Shown here one piece after another: positions 10,242 to 19,200 of a DNA stretch of 30,901 nucleotides. The notes beneath the pieces are model-generated. The model was not told where the DNA came from, did no database searches, and worked only from the letters and a program-made list of their open reading frames with translations. This DNA is from Macrostomum lignano. Its lineage: Eukaryota. Within the stretch, counting starts at the first letter, position 1; the number at the start of each line of letters is the position of its first letter. The translations under genes and the position numbers were made by a program. The DNA lies in assembly GCA_002269645.1 (NCBI GenBank), contig NIVC01001534.1, forward strand, positions 44,135 to 75,035. The letters are read 5' to 3'.

Positions 10242-13200
10242 GTAGGTTTAGTGCAGCTGTTTGAGTGTTGTAGTTATAGTAATTAAGTGAAAGACTGGTG
10301 ATAACCAAGTCTGGCATCATCAGTCAGTTTCCAACTCAGTCACTCTCCCCGTCAGTCACTCTCCCCCTCAGTCACTCTCCCCGTCAGTCACTCTCCCCGT
10401 CAGTCACTCTCCCCGTCAGTCACTCTCCCCCGTCAGTCACTCTCCCCCTCAGTCACTCTCCCTCTCAGTCACTCTCCCCCTCAGCCACTCTCTCAGCTCA
10501 GTCACTCTCCCCCTCAGTCAGTCTCCCCCTCAGTCACTCTCCCCGTCAGTCACTCCCCCCTCAGTCACTCTCCCCGTCAGTCACTCTCCCTCTCAGTCAC
10601 TCTCCCCCTCAGTCACTCTCCCCGTCAGTCACTCTCCCCCTCAGTCAGTCTCCCCCTCAGTCACTCTCCCCGTCAGTCATTCTCCCCGTCAGTCACTCTC
10701 CCTCTCAGTCACTCTCCCCCTCAGCCACTCTCTCAGCTCAGTCACTCTCCCCCTCAGTCAGTCTCCCCCTCAGCCACTCTCTCAGCTCAGTCACTCCCCC
10801 CCTCAGTCACTCTCCCTCTCAGTCACTCTCCCCCTCAGTCACTCTCCCCGTCAGTCACTCTCCCCCTCAGTCAGTCTCCCCCGTCAGTCACTCTCCCTCT
10901 CAGTCACTCTCCCCCTCAGTCACTCTCCCCGTCAGTCACTCCCCCCCTCAGTCACTCTCCCCGTCAGTCACTCTCCCTCTCAGTCACTCTCCCCCTCAGT
11001 CACTCTCCCCGTCAGTCACTCTCCCCCTCAGTCAGTCTCCCCCTCAGTCACTCTCCCCGTCAATCACTCTCCCCGTCAGTCACTCTCCCCCTCAGTCAGT
11101 CTCCCCCTCAGTCACTCTCCCCGTCAGTCACTCTCCCCGTCAGTCACTCTCCCCCTCAGTCACTCTCCCCGTCAGTCACTCTCCCCGTCAGTCACTCTCC
11201 CCGTCAGTCACTCTCCCCCGTCAGTCACTCTCCCCCTCAGTCACTCTCCCTCTCAGTCACTCTCCCCCTCAGCCACTCTCTCAGCTCAGTCACTCTCCCC
11301 CTCAGTCAGTCTCCCCCTCAGCCACTCTCTCAGCTCAGTCACTCCCCCCCTCAGTCACTCTCCCTCTCAGTCACTCTCCCCCTCAGTCACTCTCCCCGTC
11401 AGTCACTCTCCCCCTCAGTCAGTCTCCCCCGTCAGTCACTCTCCCTCTCAGTCACTCTCCCCCTCAGTCACTCTCCCCGTCAGTCACTCTCCCCCGTCAG
11501 TCACTCTCCCCCTCAGTCACTCTCCCTCTCAGTCACTCTCCCCCTCAGCCACTCTCTCAGCTCAGTCACTCTCCCCCTCAGTCAGTCTCCCCCTCAGTCA
11601 CTCTCCCCGTCAGTCACTCTCCCCGTCAGTCACTCTCCCCCTCAGTCAGTCTCCCCCTCAGTCACTCTCCCCGTCAGTCACTCTCCCCGTCAGTCACTCT
11701 CCCCCTCAGTCACTCTCCCCGTCAGTCACTCTCCCCGTCAGTCACTCTCCCCGTCAGTCACTCTCCCCCGTCAGTCACTCTCCCCCTCAGTCACTCTCCC
11801 TCTCAGTCACTCTCCCCCTCAGCCACTCTCTCAGCTCAGTCACTCTCCCCCTCAGTCAGTCTCCCCCTCAGCCACTCTCTCAGCTCAGTCACTCCCCCCC
11901 TCAGTCACTCTCCCTCTCAGTCACTCTCCCCCTCAGTCACTCTCCCCGTCAGTCACTCTCCCCCTCAGTCAGTCTCCCCCGTCAGTCACTCTCCCCGTCA
12001 GTCACTCTCCCCCTCAGTCACTCTCCCCGTCAGTCATTCTCCCCGTCAGTCACTCTCCCCGTCAGTCACTCTCCCCCTCAGTCACTCTCCCCCTCAGTCA
12101 CTCCCCCTCAGTCACTCTTCCCGCTCAGTCACTCTTCCCGCTCAGTCAGTCTCCCCTCAGTCACTCTCCCCAACAGTCAGTCTCCCCTCAGTCACTCCCC
12201 CTCAGTCACTCTTCCCGCTCAGTCACTCTCCCCCCAGTCAGTCTCCCCGTCAGTCACTCTCCCCGTCAGTCAGTCTCCCCTCAGTCACTCCCCCTCAGTC
12301 ACTCTTCCCGCTCAGTCACTCTCCCCCCAGTCAGTCTCCCCCCCAGTCACTCTCCCCTGAGTCACTCACCATTCAGTCACTCTCACCCCAGTCACTCTCA
12401 CCCCAGTCACTCTCCCACTAATTTCCTGCATCGTTTCTCTCTCACAGTCGCCAACCCCGAAGCGGCCACGATCGTACCGTCCGACGCGAACGCGGTGCCC
12501 TCCGCGCTCCGCTGCCCAGACGGCCGCATTCCGCTGAACAGCCCGCAGGCGCGCTGCCGCTCGCAGCCGCAGCTGCAGTGGGCCGGCAGGCGCTGCGAAA
12601 ATGACAGCCTGGATTTCAGCTGCCCGCACGGATACGACTGTCTAGCGGAGGGCATCTGCTGCGAGCCGCCACAGCTCCCGGTGAGCCGCTGGTCCGTAAT
12701 ATTGTCTGAAACCTCTCAGTCTGACACCTCTCACTCTGACCTCAGTCTGACACCTCTCACTCTGACCTCAGTCTGACACCTCTCACTCTGACCTCAGTCT
12801 GACACCTCTCACTCTGACCTCAGTCTGACACCTATCCCTGTGGTCCTCAGCCTGACACCTCACTCTGGCCTCAGCCTGACACCTCTCCTTCTGGTTTTCA
12901 GTCTGACACCTCTCTGGCCTCAGCCTGACACCTCTCTGGTCCTCAGTCTGACACCTCTCTGGTCCTCAGTCTGACACCTCTCTGGTCCTCAGTCTGACAC
13001 CTCTCTGGTCCTCAGTCTGACATCTCTCTGCTCCTCAGTCTGACACCTCTCTGGTCTTCAGTCTGACACCTCTCACTCTGGCCTCAGTCTGACACCTCTC
13101 ACTCTGGCCTCAGCCTGACACCTCTCCTTCTGGTTTTCAGTCTGACACCTCTCTAGTCCTCAGTCTGACACCTCTCTGGTCCTCAGTCTGACACCTCTCT

Positions 13201-16200
13201 GGTCCTCAGTCTGACACCTCTCTGGTCCTCAGTCTGACACCTCTCTGGTCCTCAGTCTGACACCTCTCTGGTCCTCAGTCTGACACCTCTCTTGTCCTCA
13301 GTCTGACATCTCTCTGGTCCTCAGTCTGACACCTCTCTGGTCCTCAGTCTGACACCTCTCACTCTGGTCCTCAGTCTGACACCTCTCACTCTGCTCCTCA
13401 GTCTGACACCTCTCACTCTGGTCCTCAGTCTGACACCTCTCACTCTGGTCCTCAGTCTGACACCTCTCACTCTGCTCCTCAGTCTGACACCTGAACCTGA
13501 TTCCGCATTGCAGCAGCCGCAGGTGCACCTGTGCCGCATGAGCAGGTCTGGCAGCAAAGCGGTAGACATTGTCGGCAGCTGCTCAGCGAACTCGGACTGC
13601 AAGGGTTACGATAGTCTAGCCAGCAGGTGCTGCAGCGGCAGCTGCGTTCTGCTGAAGCAGCGTAGGTTTTGACAACCGACGGCCTTTTCTAGAAAGATTC
13701 GCTTACAACAATCAACTTTTCAACCAATCAAGAAACGAACCATTCATTTACAGGCTGCTTCAGGCAACGACGCCAATATCAGAGCATTTTGTCCACTGGA
13801 CAGGTGCCGAGAATCTACTTGCCCAAGTGAGTAGAAACTATCCGCTTGGTAACAATTTAGTTCAACTCAAGCAATGCGTGACGCCAATGCCATTGGCGAC
13901 TTAGTAACGCGCGAAGGAACCGCGCGAGCATCTTTCATAGGGTATGGATCGCTGTTTCATTTAGAGAGAGGGGCGCACAAGGGGCGCCAGCACCAGGGGC
14001 GCCAGCACCAGGGGCGCCAGCACCAGGGGCGCCAGCACCAGTAGGACCAGTGGGGGATGTGGCAGCTAAGCTACGAGAGATCCAATAAACGAAATAAAAA
14101 TGCTTCAATTTAGCGTTTTTCTACTAAAAGTAGCTTGCACACGAATGTGCTGAGAGGACAGTCCAGTTGTTTTATGCATCTGCAGGCTAGATAGACAGCC
14201 CTAAAACTAAAGATATTGTCTGCTAAAAACACGAGAGTAGTATCTTTAGCAAATTATCAATAAAATTTAGACTATTTTAATGAACCCAATCACCTTGCCA
14301 AGCTGCACCGACGACGGCGCCTTCGAATCGGTCCAGTGGGAGCCGCGCTTCAACCGGCGCTGGTGCGTCGACCAGCGGACCGGCCTGGCGCTTCGCTCCG
14401 GCTGCTGCCTGGCTGGCAACTCGCGACCTGCGTGCTCGAACCCGCGACCTTGCCCACCCGAGCTGTGCGCCCTGAGCGTCTGTCCGGCCAGACCGGACGC
14501 CGTCTGCAGGGTGAACGTCTGCGGCGACGGCGACTGCCGGGCGGAGTTCTTCGACCCAGCCAGCGGCCAGCCGGTCGACTGCGGCGCCGGGCTGGGCCGC
14601 TGCCGTGCCGGCCAGGCCGCCTACTTCGAGGGCCTGGCCTACCTGCGGGCTCGCGACCAGACCCAGTGGCTGCAGGTGCGAATAGGGGCATTAATTAGAT
14701 TAGATTATGTAGGGGTGTGGTGTGCAGTAGATTGTGTCTATGGTTTTGGAGGCAGACAATGGTAGATTGTGTCTATGGCTTTGCAGTCAGACAATGGTAG
14801 ATTGTGTCTATGGCTTTTCAGTCAGACAATGGTAGATTGTGTCTATGGTTTTGGAGGCAGACAATGGTAGATTGTGTCTATGGTTTAGGAGGCAGACAAT
14901 GGTAGATTGTGTCTATGGTTTTGGAGGCAGACAATGGTAGATTGTGTCTATGGCTTTGCAGTCAGACAATGGTAGATTGTGTCTATGGCTTTTCAGTCAG
15001 ACAATGGTAGATTGTGTCTATGGTTTTGGAGGCAGACAATGGTAGATTGTGTCTATGGTTTAGGAGGCAGACAATGGTAGATTGTGTCTATGGTTTTGGA
15101 GGCAGACAATGGTAGATTGTGTCTATGGTTTTGGAGTCAGACAATGGTAGATTGTGTCTATGGTTTTGGAGGCAGACAATGGTAGATTGTGTCTATGGTT
15201 TTGGAGTCAGACAATGGTAGATTGTGTCTATGGTTTTGGAGGCAGACAATGGTAGATTGTGTCTATGTTTTTAGAGGCAAATGAAAATTCCGCAAAACGG
15301 TTGGTCAAATCTCATTTTCAACAGACTGACGCCATCAACAAGCCGGCCACTTCGGACAGAAACCTGGCCGCCTACATGGACACCTGCGAGCAGGACGAGT
15401 GCAGGGCCTACAGCGCCAGTTTGCTTGAACCAGCTGCCTTCGGTTTCGGCAGCTTTAAAAAAGTATGTTTGCTATCGCACTAAGGTATACACAGGGCATC
15501 CCTATCCCCCAAATGCACGCTCCTGTCCCAGTGTAAGCTACAATCCGTCGTCTATCCAACTAAAACAATTTATGTTGTCAAAACAGGCACCTGCGCCTCC
15601 TGCACTGGTTGCTGGGCAGTTCGACTCCTTGCGGATGACTTAATCCTGCCAGTTCTTGCAAAACCCTTCAATGCTCTCGTCAACAGATTTGCCTCCCATT
15701 AAACAGTTCCAACTCATGCCCACCCGGTTTTTCAGGAAGACTGCCCGAAGCAGAACGACCTGAACTATCACTGCCGAAACAGGTGCAACGCCTTCAGCGG
15801 CTGTCCAACTGAAAGTCAGGTGTGCTGCAACAGCGGCTGTGGCCTCGAGTGCATGTCGCCGGCCGACATTAAGCCGGAGTCGCATTGCTCCATGAGCATT
15901 AGCTCCGGTCACTGTCCGGCGGTTGGCTGCTACCGGATGTGCCGACGCTGGGGCTACGACGTGGCGAAAAAAGTCTGCCGTCCGTTCTGGTACGCCGGCT
16001 CCGGCGGCAACAACAACCGGTACAACTCCTGGGCCGAGTGCGAGTGGATGGCGCAGAACTGCCACGGCCGGGTGCGCATCGCGCTGCCCGTCCGGCCGCT
16101 GTGCAAGCGCCGGACAGGCAATTTTGAAAATGTCCAGGTGTCGGACAATGGCATGTTCTGGTGCGTCGACCGGAACGGTGTGCCGACGCCTGGCACTCTG

Positions 16201-19200
16201 CACGCCGACCATATCGCGTGCACTCGAGACGGTCGGCTGATCATTAATAAGTAAATCCAGTGGGAGAGTTGGGGCATTCTGAAAGAAGTCAACCGTCAAA
16301 TCACAGGATTGATGCACAAGTGTGAGATCGTTCAAAATTTCTCAACTCGCTTACATCAACCTTGCACTCCCACTCCAACTCAGGTACTACCTGAAGGTGG
16401 CCCACCTGTACAAGGCCCGCTGTCCCAACGGAAAGCTGCCAGCCTGGTGTCACAATCGGACCATCGACCGAACATGCGGCAGTCCAGGAGTTGCCACCTT
16501 CGCCGACGCCTGCGACAATTGCAGGCTGGTGCACATCAACGCCAACGGCCAGGAGGTCAGCTGCCAGACCGACTCCGACGTCTGCGCCGCCTCCTCGATC
16601 TCCAGCTCCACCGCCGGCGGCCCGTCCCTGATCGCTTGCAAGTCGATGCCGACAACTCCAAACTTCCGCTACTCCCCCAGCACCGGCCGGTGCTCAGCCG
16701 GCTGCCCGGTCAGCGGAGCCAGTGGCTACTCAAGGGAGGCCGGCTGCCTTAGTGCCTGCGCCCGGGGCTGGTGCGGCAGAAACTCCACAGCCTTCTATCC
16801 GGATCTGTGCGTGAGCCCCGCCTGCCCCAGCTGGCCAGGGGCCCTCTGCGTCCCGGACGAGTGCACCGGCAGCGAGCGTTACTTCCTCCGCAACGGCACC
16901 GAGATTGCTGCCTGCGCCCGTCGGTTGGCCGCTCTGCACCCGAACGACAACTGCAGCAGCTCGGCGACTTCGACAACCACACCGTCTGGAAGAGCTGCGG
17001 ACGCGTCAACGACAAAAACATCAGGAAGAACTGAAGAAACAAAGACTACGCAGTCAGGAGCTGCCGCAGACACAAAGACCACCGCAGCGGAGGGAAGCGG
17101 CGGGGGTGCGCCTTCGACTGTGCCGACCTCGACTGCGCCACCCTCGACTGCGCCACCCTCAACTGCGCCACCCTCGACTGCGCCACCCTCGACTGCGCCA
17201 CCCTCGACTGCGCCACCCTCGACTGCGCCACCCTCGACCCCGATCGCGACTACAACTCCGACCAGCGTAGCGCCAACAACAACGACACCGCCGCCGCCAA
17301 AGAAGATTCTGCCTATCTGCTGGGTCCGGCTCCATCTGGGCGTAGAGAAGATGAAGTGCCGGGTCTCGGACGGCCTCTACGAAGCGAGGCAATGCAACCA
17401 GACTCACTGCTTCTGCGTGGTGTCCGACAACGGCGCCGTGCTCCCGGACCCGAGGCCGGTGCCGTTAGCGCAAGGATCTTCGCTTGCCTGTCGTAAGTTG
17501 AGCTTTCCAAATGGATGTCAACTTGAGCATCAGAATGGAACTCAGACCAAAAACCGACTGCATCGGTCCGACAAGTATTCTTTTGCGGTCGGAGTCTGCG
17601 GAATGAGCAGAAGATCAATTGCCTCACCGCTGGTCGTGAGACGACGCAGCCTTTCTGATAGATATGCATTTCTATTCTGGTGCTTATGTGGACATCCACT
17701 CTGTTAAAAAAGTTGATTTAGTAGCTAAAAACGCGTTATTCATGTCCAATTTCAGCGATTGTGGAGACCACTAACTTGTCAGTTACCATCACGTACGGCG
17801 CTGACTACATGTCTGTGCTGCCGACAATGGAGGACGAAGTGAAAATGCAGCGGTGAGAAAACGGCAACGTCAAACATTGTTTTTATTCTAAAAATAGCCA
17901 ATATCTGTTGTTAACAAAACAGCATGAACTCCAGTGTTTTGTGGTTTGACAGCGTTCAAATCAAGGACGACTTTGCTTCTTAGAAAACGTTTAATGGGCG
18001 GATCGTGAGAAAAAAAGCTACGCTCGTGGTGATAGCTTTTCCTTGGAATTTTCCCCGTATTTTTCTACTCAAATCATCCTTGGTTCAATGTGTGTCACGA
18101 AGGTTACAATGTGCAGTCTCATCCATGCCCATCCTCTAGACACAGAGTGTACATACCGGACGATTAGAAAGTCAGGAGGCCCGCTGTACACCCTGTGAGA
18201 GCGTGTGTATGAGTGCGGGCCTGCGTACAGTATTGGCGCGCTTGTGTGTTCAGGAGCCAGCAGAGTTGGCGTCAGCGCTGGTTGTGGGACGATTTTGCCG
18301 AAGGCGCCAGGGTGCCCGCAGCCCTCCTGCAGTTATTATTATTATTTTAACTGTCTTACTGCCTGCCTGCCCACAGTCACATACCGACCATAACTCCCGC
18401 AGAATCGTGGCCAAGCGATTCGCTTACGAAGGAAATCTTCAGGCGCACCACATCCGCCTCGTTGACCTGGAGCCCGGCAGCATTCTGGTGACCGTCGGTA
18501 TGCAGAAGTCGCCAGGCGATTCGACTGCCGACCTCCCTGCGTCCGCGTTCGAGCTCAAGACAATGGTTGGTTTTGAGGGCTTGGGGCTGTTCAAAAACGA
18601 AGTTAAGCAAAGTTGACCGCGGATAGTACGCGTAGGCTACCTGGGTCACCCTCCTCCGCAATAAACATACCTTTGACCGAGTGGCAAGTCAAACCTGGGC
18701 TTTCGTTCTGAGGTGAGGTAGAAATACAGGTGGGATTTGTGACCCCCCCCACAGTGCCAACGCTGTACAAGCACGAATTTAAGATACACAAATAGCTTGC
18801 ACACAGGAACTACTCAAGTATCGCTTTTGACGATCTAAAAAACGGGACGCCATAGACATTCAAGCCAGGCCACAGATCTCACCCTAGTCATGGACTTAAG
18901 CAGTTTAGCTGAGTCTACTGAGGCAGGCTTGGCCATAGACTATAACTTTGGGCATTCAATATGGGAAAAAGCCATTCAAAACGGGAATCGGACTGAGATT
19001 TTATAGCTCTCAGTCCCTCTCTCCCCTGTTTGCTCGTCGCGTCTTTGGCCTGAAAGCGAACGAATTCAATGGCGCCACCAATTCCTGACGCTCAAGGAGT
19101 TCCGAGTTACTTTTGTTTTGCTTCCGGTAACGGACACTTTGTTCACTTTTAAATATTCCAGTGGCCTTGACATATAAAAATACGTTAAATTGGGCGAATT

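Noticed and set aside
10298-12421. 707-aa Ser/Pro/Leu-rich ORF as a mucin-like exon or gene
   Set aside because: The repeat unit has no stop triplet in any + frame, unit lengths vary by non-multiples of 3, and exon 1 splices in phase directly to exon 2 across it.
14727-15279. CRISPR array (palindromic repeat plus variable segment)
   Set aside because: The variable segments are only ~10 nt, are related to each other and recur. The context is an animal intron with no cas genes.
15640-17699. Multiple antisense and alternate-frame ORFs over exons 5-8 (for example 15640-16335 on the minus strand)
   Set aside because: They are shadows of GC3-rich coding sequence with no recognisable motifs.
17493-17707. 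Read-through C-terminus of the 461-aa ORF (KLSFPNG...HPLC) as the true protein end
   Set aside because: A consensus GTAAGT donor follows the last Tg-1 Cys and splices in phase to the SEA/TM exons. A secreted intron-retention isoform cannot be excluded.
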